This document shows, in pieces, positions 1-9,895 of a stretch of DNA of 64,000 nucleotides. Every line of letters begins with the position of its first letter. The stretch's first letter is position 1. The notes beneath the pieces were generated by a model. That model made no database searches, was not told where the DNA came from, and was given only the letters and a program-made list of their open reading frames with translations. Made by a program: the position numbers and the translations under genes. Origin of the DNA: an uncultured Planctomycetia bacterium (lineage in GTDB: Bacteria > Omnitrophota > Gorgyraeia > Tantalellales > Tantalellaceae); assembly GCA_964527555.1 (NCBI GenBank), contig CAZGOG010000005.1, positions 5,863 through 69,862 of the forward strand, given 5' to 3'.

Positions 1-551
1 AATATTACGACGGGGTGAAAAGCATTCTTAAAAAGATGGGGATTACCTTCCGCGAAAAGGGTGATCTTGTAAGAGGGCTGGATTATTATACTGGCACTAT
101 ATTCGAGGTGATCCACCCGCAGCTTGGCGCGCAGGACGCGATAGCCGCCGGCGGAAGGTACGATGAACTTACCAAAGATATGGGCGGACCCAGCGTAGGA
201 GCTACGGGCTACGCTATAGGGATAGAGCGGCTTCTTCTGGCCGTGGATAAAAAAGATATACCGCGGGAGGGACCGCTTACTTTAGTAATACCTGTCGGTG
301 CCGGAGCGCGCGCGGAATCGTTTAAGGCGGCGGATACGTTGCGGCGTCTGGGAGTGCCGTGCGAGATGGATTATTCCGGTCGCTCGCTTAAAGGCGGGAT
401 GCGAAAAGCCCATAAGGAGGGAAGAAAGTTTATCGTTATTCTGGGAGAAGACGAGATAAAAAGCGGCAAGCTCTCAGTGAAAGACATGGAAACCGGAGAA
501 GAGAAAGCGCTTTCCCCGGAAGAAGCGGCTTCTTATATCAAAGGGACTTAA
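1..551 (+). CDS. hisS: Histidyl-tRNA synthetase, C-terminal part (5' end lies outside the window)
   Basis: Class II aaRS motif 3 'AAGGRYDEL' followed by an anticodon-binding domain. The ORF is open to the window start. Confidence 0.8.
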   Translation, partial: YYDGVKSILKKMGITFREKGDLVRGLDYYTGTIFEVIHPQLGAQDAIAAGGRYDELTKDMGGPSVGATGYAIGIERLLLAVDKKDIPREGPLTLVIPVGAGARAESFKAADTLRRLGVPCEMDYSGRSLKGGMRKAHKEGRKFIVILGEDEIKSGKLSVKDMETGEEKALSPEEAASYIKGT

Positions 552-552
552 G

Positions 553-2331
553 ATGACAAGGACTCATAATTGCGGGGAACTGACGGCGAAAGACAACTCA
601 AAGGAAGTCTGTCTTTCCGGATGGATCGCTTCAAGAAGAGACCATGGAGAGATAATTTTCATGGACTTAAGGGATAAGCACGGTATAACGCAGATAGTAT
701 TTGACCCCGAGAAGAATAAAGACGCTCATGAAGGGGCGCACCTTCTAAGAAGCGAGTATTGCGTGCAGGTCACGGGAAAAGTATCTATGCGCCCGGAAGG
801 CACCATCAACAAGAAGATCCCTACGGGCGAGATCGAAGTGGAAGTTAAGGGGATTGAGGTGCTCTCTGAGTCCGAAACGCCTCCTTTTGAGATCAAGGAT
901 GGTGTGGTCGTAGCGGAAGACCTGCGTCTTAAGTACCGTTATCTTGACTTGAGGCGGCCGGAGATGCAGGAGAAGATCCGCATAAAACACAAAGTATACA
1001 AGTTCATAACGGATTTCATGGATGAGGAAGCCTTCCTGTTTGTGGAAACGCCCGTTCTTACAAAGTCGACCCCGGAAGGGGCGCGTGATTACCTTGTGCC
1101 ATCCAGGGTCCAGCAGGGCAGTTTCTACGCGCTGCCGCAATCGCCTCAGATATTCAAGCAGCTTCTTATGGTGGCGGGAATAGAGAAGTATTACCAGATC
1201 GTCCGCTGCTTTCGTGATGAGGACCTGCGTGCCGACAGGCAGCCGGAGTTCACGCAGCTGGATATGGAGATGTCATTCGTCGATCAGGATGACGTCTTAA
1301 GCGTGTGCGAAAGGCTTTTTAAAGGCATGTTCAAAGAGGTCATGGGGCTTGAACTAGAGATCCCGTTTGCAAGAATGGATTACGAAGAAGCCATGATGCG
1401 GTACGGAAGTGATAAACCGGATACAAGGTTTGACCTCTTTTTGCATGACCTGACGCATCTGGCCGATAAATGCGACTTTAAGATATTGAAGGAAGTCGCC
1501 AAATCGGGCGGTAAGGTCATGGCCCTGGCCGCGCCAGGATATGGAGACATAAGCCGCAAGGAGATAGATACTCTTACGTTTTTCGCAGGTGAGTACGGGG
1601 CAAAGGGGCTTGCATATTTCAAAGTCGGAGAGAAGGAGCTTACCTCGCCGATAGCAAAATTTTTCTCAGACGAAGTGCTCCAAAGTATCCGCGAGGAAGT
1701 GTCGGCAAAAACGGGCGACATGATCTTTATGGTCGCCGACACCAAAGAAGTCGCTCAGGAAGCACTGGGGGCTATTCGCTTGCGGATCGCCCAGGAGAAG
1801 AACCTCATAGACAAGAACAAATTTAATTTTTCATGGATAGTGAATTTCCCGCTGTTTAGATTTAACAAGGATGAGAAGAGGTGGGTTTCCGAGCATCATC
1901 CGTTTACATCTTTCAGGGAAGAAGATATGGAGTTTCTGGATAAAAAAGAGCTATCCAAGGTAAGGTCCAGGTCCTATGATCTGGTTCTAAACGGAAGCGA
2001 AATAGGTTCCGGGAGTATAAGGATACATAAAAAGGACATCCAGCAGAGGATATTCGATGTTCTGGGACTCAGCAAGGAGGACTGCCAGCGGAAATTCGGA
2101 TTTTTGCTGGAAGCATTTTGCTACGGGCCTCCCCCTCACGGGGGGATAGCTTTCGGGCTGGATAGACTCCTCACGCTTTTTACAAAAGACTCGTCTATAC
2201 GCGAAGTCATACCGTTTCCGAAAACCCAGAAAGGCGTTTGTCCGCTAACGGGCGCGCCTTCTTTTGTCGATGAAAAACAGCTCAGAGAACTCGGGCTAAA
2301 ACTCACTAACGTTAAAAGGGAGGAAAAATGA
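553..2331 (+). CDS. aspS: Aspartyl-tRNA synthetase
   Basis: 592 aa with an N-terminal OB fold, class II core and GAD insertion. The start codon overlaps the hisS stop (ATGA). Confidence 0.9.
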   Translation: MTRTHNCGELTAKDNSKEVCLSGWIASRRDHGEIIFMDLRDKHGITQIVFDPEKNKDAHEGAHLLRSEYCVQVTGKVSMRPEGTINKKIPTGEIEVEVKGIEVLSESETPPFEIKDGVVVAEDLRLKYRYLDLRRPEMQEKIRIKHKVYKFITDFMDEEAFLFVETPVLTKSTPEGARDYLVPSRVQQGSFYALPQSPQIFKQLLMVAGIEKYYQIVRCFRDEDLRADRQPEFTQLDMEMSFVDQDDVLSVCERLFKGMFKEVMGLELEIPFARMDYEEAMMRYGSDKPDTRFDLFLHDLTHLADKCDFKILKEVAKSGGKVMALAAPGYGDISRKEIDTLTFFAGEYGAKGLAYFKVGEKELTSPIAKFFSDEVLQSIREEVSAKTGDMIFMVADTKEVAQEALGAIRLRIAQEKNLIDKNKFNFSWIVNFPLFRFNKDEKRWVSEHHPFTSFREEDMEFLDKKELSKVRSRSYDLVLNGSEIGSGSIRIHKKDIQQRIFDVLGLSKEDCQRKFGFLLEAFCYGPPPHGGIAFGLDRLLTLFTKDSSIREVIPFPKTQKGVCPLTGAPSFVDEKQLRELGLKLTNVKREEK

Positions 2332-2642
2332 ATAAGATATTGGTTTTAGTGCTTATCGCGACTTTTATGCTGACCGGATGCGCCGGAGTGGAGGTTTATA
2401 CTTTCAAGAAAGACCGCGTTGATCAGAGCGAGACGGGTAACCAGGGCTACCTGATGGGGGATGCTCCTCAGGCGCAAGCCAAGGAAGCGCCTAGCAAGAG
2501 GACGCTTATTGGCGTGGATATCGAAATAGCGCAAAGTCCGTCAAAAAGTTCCGGCACGCAAGCTTCTTCTGATACACCCCCGGCAAAGACTTCCGGCTGT
2601 GCGGTCGAACCTAAAGCAAAAGAAAGCGTATATATAAAATAG
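2328..2642 (+). CDS. Small lipoprotein, function unknown
   Basis: Signal peptide with lipobox 'LTGCAG'. The C-terminal half is low-complexity and Ser/Pro/Ala-rich. Confidence 0.45.
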   Translation: MNKILVLVLIATFMLTGCAGVEVYTFKKDRVDQSETGNQGYLMGDAPQAQAKEAPSKRTLIGVDIEIAQSPSKSSGTQASSDTPPAKTSGCAVEPKAKESVYIK

Positions 2643-2679
2643 ACAAAGCGCCAGAAAACAAACTATTAAAGCGTGAGAG

Positions 2680-3639
2680 ATGGAAGAGATAATAATCAGA
2701 ATAAGCGATGATTCCGAAGCCAGGGCTTTATTCGGCAAGCACGACAGTAACTTGAGAAAAATCGAAAAAGTTTTTGGGATCACGACAGCGTACCGGGGCG
2801 GCGACCTTAAGGTGATGGCGGAAGGAAAAGATCAGCTGGAAAAAGCAAAAAGAATTCTGGACGAGTTTCTTATTATCATCAGGAAGGGCGGGCATGTTTC
2901 ACCCAGGGACATAGATTATGCACTGAAGAACACCGATATCTTGACGCATCTTAATGATATTTTTCTGGATAAGATAGAGGTAAGCTCTAAACGCGTCTTT
3001 GTTACCCCCCGAAGTGAAGGGCAGAAGGAGTATATTGATGCCATACGCAAGTATGATATTGTTTTTGGAATAGGTCCTGCCGGAACGGGTAAGACTTACC
3101 TGGCGATGGCCATGGCGGTCAATGCCCTCAGGAAGAATCTCGTCTCAAGGATAATACTTACCAGGCCCGCTGTCGAGGCAGGTGAAAGCCTGGGGTATCT
3201 TCCGGGAGACATGTATGAGAAGGTCAACCCGTACCTGCGTCCCTTGTACGACGCTCTTTATGATATGGTTGAGCCGCACCGCATCAAGGAATATCTTGAT
3301 GAGGGGATAATAGAAGTGGCTCCTCTTGCTTTCATGAGGGGAAGGACGCTTAATGATTCCTTTATAATCATGGATGAGGCGCAGAACTCTACCGCCGAAC
3401 AGATGAAGATGTTTCTGACGCGTTTGGGTTTCGATTCTAAAACTGTTATAACGGGAGACATCACGCAGAGTGATCTTCCAAAGGGAAGACCTTCAGGGCT
3501 TATACACGCCAAAGAGCTTCTCTCAGGAGTTGAGGGCATTAAATTCGTTGTTCTTAAAGGTGAAGACGTTGTCAGACACGAACTTGTCCAGGAAATAATC
3601 AAAGTCTACAAGGAAGAAGCCGAGTCAAAAGATGAATAA
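2680..3639 (+). CDS. ybeZ: PhoH-like ATPase (YbeZ family)
   Basis: Walker A 'GPAGTGKTYLAMA'. Sits in the conserved phoH-pgpH-ybeY-dgkA gene order. Confidence 0.85.
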   Translation: MEEIIIRISDDSEARALFGKHDSNLRKIEKVFGITTAYRGGDLKVMAEGKDQLEKAKRILDEFLIIIRKGGHVSPRDIDYALKNTDILTHLNDIFLDKIEVSSKRVFVTPRSEGQKEYIDAIRKYDIVFGIGPAGTGKTYLAMAMAVNALRKNLVSRIILTRPAVEAGESLGYLPGDMYEKVNPYLRPLYDALYDMVEPHRIKEYLDEGIIEVAPLAFMRGRTLNDSFIIMDEAQNSTAEQMKMFLTRLGFDSKTVITGDITQSDLPKGRPSGLIHAKELLSGVEGIKFVVLKGEDVVRHELVQEIIKVYKEEAESKDE

Positions 3640-5887
3640 AAACCAGAAGCTTAAACAGTTTAAAGAGTGGATTATTCTTAAAGAGACCATTTCCATACTT
3701 ATAATCGTCGCATTTTTGATAGCGGCTCTTGCCAGTATATTTATAGGGCCGAGTCTCTATCTGGGCAAGACCCAGGAAGGGGATATAGCGCTTAAGAACA
3801 TATACGCGCCGTATGATTTTACTTATTTCTGGGAAATAGATGGGGAGAAGACAAGCGAGGCCAAAGACGCGGCAAAAGAAAAAGTCCCTTATGTGCTCAA
3901 ACGCGATTCTGCCGCTGAAAAGAAAGCTATAGAAAAAGTCAGTTCCTTTTTTGATGCATTCGGCAAAGAGAGTGCACCTGAAGCATCCCTGGCCGAAAAA
4001 GCCTCGGACATAAAAAGAAGAACTCGGGCAGACCTTTCAGAAAGAAATATCGAGTATCTTCTGGAATATCCAGATATATCGCTGCTTAAGAAAAAGGCTC
4101 TGGACGTTCTTGGAAAAGTCTTCCTTGCCGGTTATATAGACGATGGGACGCTGAAGCAGCTTAAAGAAAAAGGCGTAAGTAAAGTAGTCATTTTCAATAG
4201 TGAGACAAATGCCGAGACGGAAAGAACCATCGATAGTATTGTGACAGCGAAAAAGATCCAGGAAACCGCGATAGAGTATGCTTCGGCCGAATTTAAAGAC
4301 GACCGCAAGGTGCGCCAGCCGGCAGCTAGCCTGATCTCTGAATATGTCAGCCCCAACCTCATAGCGGATGAAAAAGAGACGGAAGCCAAAAGGGGAGCTG
4401 CTATAGAGAAAGTTAAACCCATCTACCACAGCTGGACGGTCGAGAAGAACGAACTTATCATTGAAAAAGGTACAAGGGTAACCGACCGTAATGTCGCCCA
4501 GATATCGCAAATCAGAAGAGTTTTCCGTCCGGGTGTGACGCCTACTTTGTTCTTAGGGGTCCTGCTTCTCTTCCTTCTTCTGGGACTGGTCGCCGTTATT
4601 TATATTTCGTTTATACAGGGGGTGAATTTCCTGCAAGACACCAAAGGTGTGGCTATAGTTTTGATAAACATGCTTTTTATGATTATCGCGGCTGATTTTA
4701 TCGTGCACCTTCCGCAGCCCAGTTATTTTATACCCGTTTCAGGGATGGCGATGCTTATCGCGCTTCTTGTAGGATCTAATATCGCCTTTATAGCCGCGGT
4801 ACTGATGAGTTTATGTATATCTTTACTCATAGGCGGAGGCATAGAAGTCGCGCTTGTCTTAATAGTAGGCAGCATCGTGGGGATATTCGTCGTCAGAGAC
4901 GCAAGACGGCGCACGAGGATACTCTGGGCGGGTTTTCTGGTGGGACTTACAAAGTTCCTGACTATTGCCTGTATAGGTCTAATCAATGAGATGGACGTGA
5001 ATTTTTATATAACTGACGGTGCCTGGGGTATAGCAGGCGGCATTCTTTCCGGATTCATAGTGATGGGGCTTTTGCCGGTTTTTGAGCATCTGTTTAAGAT
5101 CCCGACGAATATCAGCCTGCTGGAACTTTCGGATCTTAACCACCCGCTTTTGAAAAAACTTGCCATGGAAGCGCCCGGTACTTACCATCACAGCATAATG
5201 GTAGGCAATCTCGCGGAAGCGGCGTGCGATGCAATAGGCGCCAACAGCCTCTTGGCAAGAGTCGGGGCGTATTATCATGATATCGGCAAGATTCCCAAGG
5301 CTGAATATTTCAGCGAGAACGAGATGGGTTCCGGGTCCAAACACGCAAAGCTTGCCCCTTCCATGAGCGCTCTTATTATAGCCAAGCATGTTAAAGAAGG
5401 CGAGCAGATCGCCAGAAAGTACAAGCTTAATAGCGCAATAACCGATTTTATCAGACAGCACCATGGCGACAGCATGATATCTTATTTCTATCAGAAGGCG
5501 ATGGAAAAGGCGGAGGAAGGCACGATGCCGAAAGAGGAGAACTTCCGTTATCCCGGCCCCCGGCCCCAGACCAAGGAGAGCGCGATTATTCTCCTGGCCG
5601 ATGCGGTCGAGGCATCAAGCCGCGCGCTTGATGAGCCTACAGCCTCCAGCATAAGGCACCTTGTTAAAAAGATCATAAACAACAAGTTTATCGATGGCCA
5701 GCTCGATGAATGCGCTCTGACGTTAAAAGACATGCACATCATTGCGGAAAGTTTTCTCAGGGTGCTTATGGGTGTTTTTCATACAAGATTGAATTATCCG
5801 GAAGAAAGCAAAAAACAATCAGAAGAGAAGCCTGCTAATGGCAATAAAAATAAACAGCGAAAATTTAAACAAAAAAAGAAAGATTGA
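3632..5887 (+). CDS. pgpH: 7TM-receptor HD-domain phosphohydrolase (PgpH/YqfF family, c-di-AMP phosphodiesterase-like)
   Basis: 751 aa with an N-terminal extracytoplasmic region, about 7 TM helices and an HD motif 'YYHDIGK'. Overlaps the phoH stop by 8 nt. Confidence 0.8.
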   Translation: MNKNQKLKQFKEWIILKETISILIIVAFLIAALASIFIGPSLYLGKTQEGDIALKNIYAPYDFTYFWEIDGEKTSEAKDAAKEKVPYVLKRDSAAEKKAIEKVSSFFDAFGKESAPEASLAEKASDIKRRTRADLSERNIEYLLEYPDISLLKKKALDVLGKVFLAGYIDDGTLKQLKEKGVSKVVIFNSETNAETERTIDSIVTAKKIQETAIEYASAEFKDDRKVRQPAASLISEYVSPNLIADEKETEAKRGAAIEKVKPIYHSWTVEKNELIIEKGTRVTDRNVAQISQIRRVFRPGVTPTLFLGVLLLFLLLGLVAVIYISFIQGVNFLQDTKGVAIVLINMLFMIIAADFIVHLPQPSYFIPVSGMAMLIALLVGSNIAFIAAVLMSLCISLLIGGGIEVALVLIVGSIVGIFVVRDARRRTRILWAGFLVGLTKFLTIACIGLINEMDVNFYITDGAWGIAGGILSGFIVMGLLPVFEHLFKIPTNISLLELSDLNHPLLKKLAMEAPGTYHHSIMVGNLAEAACDAIGANSLLARVGAYYHDIGKIPKAEYFSENEMGSGSKHAKLAPSMSALIIAKHVKEGEQIARKYKLNSAITDFIRQHHGDSMISYFYQKAMEKAEEGTMPKEENFRYPGPRPQTKESAIILLADAVEASSRALDEPTASSIRHLVKKIINNKFIDGQLDECALTLKDMHIIAESFLRVLMGVFHTRLNYPEESKKQSEEKPANGNKNKQRKFKQKKKD

Positions 5888-6308
5888 TCTTTCAAAAGTC
5901 GAGCGGGTGGCAAAGACAGTTTTAAAGGCTCTTAAGAAGAAACACGCCGAGATCAACATAGTGTTTTTAAGCAGCCAGAAAATACGGGTGATTAACCGGC
6001 TCTATTTGAAGAGGGACAGGGCAACAGACGTGATAGCCTTCCCGGGGAGCGGCCGCCATATACCGTCGTTCGGAGAAGAACATCACTCCGGGAATTTTAT
6101 GGGAGACATTGCGATATGCTCGGATAAGGCGCATGCCAACGCTAAGGTTTATGGGATGACATTCGCCGAGGAGATAGCGCTTTACACCATACACGGGATA
6201 CTTCACTTGCTCGGATATGAGGATGTAACGAAAAAAGGCCGTGATAGATTGCGGAGGAAAGAAGATGAACTCTTCAGACAAATCAAAACAAAAAAAATCT
6301 CGAGGTAA
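5838..6308 (+). CDS. ybeY: rRNA maturation endoribonuclease YbeY
   Basis: 156 aa with the conserved 'HGILHLLGYED' metal-binding H-x3-H-x5-H motif. Overlaps the pgpH 3' end; an alternative GTG start exists at 5907. Confidence 0.8.
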   Translation: MAIKINSENLNKKRKIDLSKVERVAKTVLKALKKKHAEINIVFLSSQKIRVINRLYLKRDRATDVIAFPGSGRHIPSFGEEHHSGNFMGDIAICSDKAHANAKVYGMTFAEEIALYTIHGILHLLGYEDVTKKGRDRLRRKEDELFRQIKTKKISR

Positions 6309-6996
6309 AGGCTTTACCCGCAGCGTAAATACTGCCCTAGAGGGTATTATACACACGCTTAAATCGGAAAGGAACATGCGCCTGCATTTCTTCGTGGGGT
6401 TCCTTGTTCTTATCGCGGGTCTTTATTTCGATCTCAGCGCTGTCGAGTTCATGATACTGTGTTTTGCGGTCACCTTTGTTTTGATGGCGGAGATGATCAA
6501 TACAGCTGTCGAATACTCCATTGACCTTATAAGCGATGAGTACCATCCTCTCGCGAAAGTGATCAAGGATATTTGCGCGGGCGCTGTGTTTGTAAGCGCA
6601 GTCAATGCAGCTGTCGTGGGATACTTTCTGATTGTCCGGCGCATAGGAGCGTTTATGGGCGGTGCGTTTATCAAAGTAAAAGAATCCCCCTGGCATATGA
6701 CCCTTATAGCGCTTTTAGTCGTTATTGGTATTGTACTGCTTATAAAAGTACTCCGCGGCGAAAAATCTCTTTTACGCGGCGGTATGCCCAGCGGGCACTC
6801 CGCCGTAGCGTTTGCGGTATGGGTCCTCGTCTCGCTTATCACGGAAAACGCTCTTGTAAGTTTTCTTGTGTTCATCTTGGCGTTTCTTGTCGCGAAAAGC
6901 CGCAGGTCCGACGGGGTGCATACGCTCGGGCAGGTGGTAGCCGGAAGCGTCTTGGGAGCGCTTGTGGCTTTACTCGTATTTCAATTTATGTCGTAG
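6265..6996 (+). CDS. dgkA: Diacylglycerol/undecaprenol kinase (DgkA) fused to a PAP2 phosphatase domain
   Basis: N-terminal DgkA homology ('GFTRS...EMINTAVE'). The C-terminal half has PAP2 motifs 'PSGH' and 'SR..GVH...DV'. Confidence 0.7.
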   Translation: MNSSDKSKQKKSRGKGFTRSVNTALEGIIHTLKSERNMRLHFFVGFLVLIAGLYFDLSAVEFMILCFAVTFVLMAEMINTAVEYSIDLISDEYHPLAKVIKDICAGAVFVSAVNAAVVGYFLIVRRIGAFMGGAFIKVKESPWHMTLIALLVVIGIVLLIKVLRGEKSLLRGGMPSGHSAVAFAVWVLVSLITENALVSFLVFILAFLVAKSRRSDGVHTLGQVVAGSVLGALVALLVFQFMS

Positions 6997-7038
6997 AGGA
7001 CTTTTTGTCGCAGGTTTTGAAAGGGAGAAGAAACAGTC

Positions 7039-7683
7039 ATGAGAAGATTATGGAACAGGTTCTTCGTTAATTTTTTTAACGGTATAGTTATACTTCTGCC
7101 GATAGCTGTTACTATAGCTCTTATAAGGTTTCTTGTGGTATGGGTAAATAATATCGTGCTCAATCCCCTCATGAAATTTTTTGCACCTATTGCCAAGGGC
7201 CCGGAACATGTCTACCTGGCCAAGACGATAATTTTTCTTGTAGTCATATTCGCGGTGGCCTTGATAGGATGGGGGGCGAAGATACTGGTCATTAACCGTG
7301 TTTTTTCTCTGGGTGAACAGCTGCTTTTAAAAGTCCCTATCATGGGGCGGATATATAATGCGGCTAAACAGATATTTTCGTCGGTGTTAGGACAGGGAAA
7401 AACTATCTTTAAGCAGGTGGTTCTTGTGGAATATCCCCGGAAGGGACTTTATTCCGTAGGCTTTACCACGGGCACCACAAAAGGCGAGCTTAAGGATTCC
7501 ATAGGCACCAGCGGAGTTAACGTCTTTATCCCGACAACACCGAACCCGACAAGCGGTATATTCCTGATTATCCCCAAAGAAAGCATATTTTTTCTGAAGA
7601 TGAGCGTGGAAGAAGGCATGAAGCTTGTTGTCTCGGGAGGCGCGGTGTCTCCGACACCTGACAGACTAGAGGGAAGCGTATAG
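7039..7683 (+). CDS. DUF502 family membrane protein
   Basis: Two N-terminal TM helices and the DUF502 signature 'TPNPTSG'. Confidence 0.6.
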   Translation: MRRLWNRFFVNFFNGIVILLPIAVTIALIRFLVVWVNNIVLNPLMKFFAPIAKGPEHVYLAKTIIFLVVIFAVALIGWGAKILVINRVFSLGEQLLLKVPIMGRIYNAAKQIFSSVLGQGKTIFKQVVLVEYPRKGLYSVGFTTGTTKGELKDSIGTSGVNVFIPTTPNPTSGIFLIIPKESIFFLKMSVEEGMKLVVSGGAVSPTPDRLEGSV

Positions 7684-7687
7684 TTAA

Positions 7688-8449
7688 ATGGCAGCAGAGA
7701 ACGCAGAGGGAGTGATACTCAGAAAATATTTATTGCGGGAAACCAGCTACATACTTGTTGTTTTCACAAAAGAATTCGGCAAAATAAAAGCAGTTATAAA
7801 AGGCGTGAGAAATCCGTACCCTCAATTCGGCGGGGTTTTCGAGATCTTTAACAAGTGTCAGCTCTTTTTTTACAGAAAGAGGAAAAGTCCTCTGGACCTT
7901 ATTACGCAGTGCGAAGCAGTGGACTCGTTTCTTCCGGTAAGAAAAGACATAGAAAGGTTGACATACGCTAATTATTTTATAGAATTAGTAGACATAGTCA
8001 CCAGTGACTATGACGTGAATGAGGAACTTTACCGCACTCTGGTAGAGGGCCTTCGTATGCTGGCAGTTGAATCCAGCGCCAGACGGGTGAGCAGGATATT
8101 CGAACTCAGGTTATTAGGGGCTTTGGGCCTCAGTCCTCAGCTTAAGGAATGCGTTGAATGCGGCCTTCCGATAGAAGGGGCGGGTTCATTCAGCGTGAAA
8201 GGCGGTGGACTTCTATGCCCGAAGTGCAGGCATAAAGACAGGAGCGCACTTACGGTATCTTGCGGGACGATAAACTTCATGCATAAGATAAAAACATGCG
8301 ATCTGGAAAAGACTTCCCGCATAAAAGTCTCTAAAGAGGTGGGAAGAGAACTGGAAGAAGTCTTAAAAAGATTCATGCAGTATCATATCGCGAGGCCCGT
8401 AAAATCACTTACGTTTCTGAAAGAACTTCAAAAAATCGGCGTGGGATAA
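7688..8449 (+). CDS. recO: DNA repair protein RecO
   Basis: N-terminal OB fold ('GVILRK...') and zinc-finger motif 'CVECG...CPKC'. Confidence 0.75.
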   Translation: MAAENAEGVILRKYLLRETSYILVVFTKEFGKIKAVIKGVRNPYPQFGGVFEIFNKCQLFFYRKRKSPLDLITQCEAVDSFLPVRKDIERLTYANYFIELVDIVTSDYDVNEELYRTLVEGLRMLAVESSARRVSRIFELRLLGALGLSPQLKECVECGLPIEGAGSFSVKGGGLLCPKCRHKDRSALTVSCGTINFMHKIKTCDLEKTSRIKVSKEVGRELEEVLKRFMQYHIARPVKSLTFLKELQKIGVG

Positions 8450-8483
8450 ATGCTGTAATAAAAGGGTAAGGATAAAAACCAGT

Positions 8484-9839
8484 ATGGCTGAAAAGAAAAA
8501 AGAAAAAGCGGCAAAAGATCCTCAGGTAGAGAAGGCTCCGGCGGTGGAGCTGAAAGACATCGCAAACCTCTGCAAAAGGCGCGGGTTTATATTCCAGGAC
8601 AGCGAGATCTATGGCGGGATGGGAAGCGTGTGGGATTATGGGCCGCTGGGGGTGGAGCTCAAAAATAACGTAAAGGACTGCTGGTGGAGGAGCATGGTCT
8701 ATGACCGTGGCGACGTCGAGGGTCTTGACGCAGCTATCCTGATGAACCCGGAGACGTGGAAGGCATCCGGGCATGTCGGCTCCTTCGCGGATATGCTGGT
8801 TGACTGTATGGACTGCAAGAAGCGGTTCCGCATAGATCATCTAAAGGGAAACAAGTGTCCGGAATGCGGCGGAGCCCTTACGGAACCCAAAAGTTTCAAT
8901 CTTATGTTTAAAACGCAGGTCGGTTCGGTGGAAGGCCAGACGCAGGATGCGTACTTAAGACCAGAGACGGCACAGGGCATATTCGTTAATTTTGAAAATA
9001 TACTCAACTCAAGCCGCAAGAAACTTCCCTTCGGTGTGGCGCAGATCGGTAAAGCATTCCGCAACGAGATAACTACGGGGAACTTTACTTTCAGGAGCCG
9101 TGAGTTCGAACAGATGGAGCTGGAATACTTTGTCAAGCCCGGGGAGGACGAGAAGTGGTACGAATACTGGCTCGCCGAACGCATGAGGTGGTACACTTCC
9201 CTTGGCATAAGAGAGGAGAGCCTCCGGCTCCGGCAGCATGAAGAGGAGGAACTCGCCCACTACGCTAAAAAATGCCACGATATAGAATTTTTGTTTCCCA
9301 TGGGATGGTCGGAACTTGAAGGCGTCGCCAACAGGACCGATTTTGACCTCAAACAGCATTCAAAGATAAGCGGAAAGGACTTACAATATTTTGACGATAC
9401 GACAGGCGAGCGTTATTTCCCTTATGTTATAGAACCTTCGGGCGGTGTCGACCGCGCTGTGCTTGCTTTCTTGGTGGATGCTTATAGATCGGAAGTAGTG
9501 AGAGAGAGAAAAAGAGTTTACCTTTCGCTTGATAAACGTCTTGCTCCGATTAAAGTGGCGGTTCTGCCGCTTCTTAAGAATAACGGTGAGATAGTGGAGA
9601 TGGCCGAGAAGATACTGGATGATGTAAGGGGCAATTATCGTGCGGTATACGACGATACTGCTGCTATAGGCCGGCTGTACCGCAGGCAGGATGAGATAGG
9701 CACGCCCTATTGCGTGACCGTGGACGTGGAGTCCCTGACTGACAAGAAAGTCACCGTAAGGGACAGGGACAGCATGCAGCAGGACAGGATCGACCTTTCA
9801 AAGCTTAAGGGATTACTGACAGAGAGACTTGGACTTTAA
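8484..9839 (+). CDS. glyQS: Glycyl-tRNA synthetase (alpha2 dimeric type)
   Basis: 451 aa; conserved GlyRS N-terminus 'FQDSEIYGGMGSVWDYGPLG' and class II motifs. Confidence 0.85.
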   Translation: MAEKKKEKAAKDPQVEKAPAVELKDIANLCKRRGFIFQDSEIYGGMGSVWDYGPLGVELKNNVKDCWWRSMVYDRGDVEGLDAAILMNPETWKASGHVGSFADMLVDCMDCKKRFRIDHLKGNKCPECGGALTEPKSFNLMFKTQVGSVEGQTQDAYLRPETAQGIFVNFENILNSSRKKLPFGVAQIGKAFRNEITTGNFTFRSREFEQMELEYFVKPGEDEKWYEYWLAERMRWYTSLGIREESLRLRQHEEEELAHYAKKCHDIEFLFPMGWSELEGVANRTDFDLKQHSKISGKDLQYFDDTTGERYFPYVIEPSGGVDRAVLAFLVDAYRSEVVRERKRVYLSLDKRLAPIKVAVLPLLKNNGEIVEMAEKILDDVRGNYRAVYDDTAAIGRLYRRQDEIGTPYCVTVDVESLTDKKVTVRDRDSMQQDRIDLSKLKGLLTERLGL

Positions 9840-9895
9840 AAAATAGGGGTTAAAGTAACCCGTATCTTTAACAAAAGAAGGAGTGTGAGGAGAGG

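Noticed and set aside
745-1745. Minus-strand ORFs of 131 and 121 aa inside aspS
   Set aside because: They are antisense to a well-conserved aminoacyl-tRNA synthetase gene and have no RBS or motifs.
6573-7070. A 165-aa + strand ORF rich in Arg and Cys
   Set aside because: It is an alternative frame of the dgkA-PAP2 gene, which has clear homology. The composition is an artefact.
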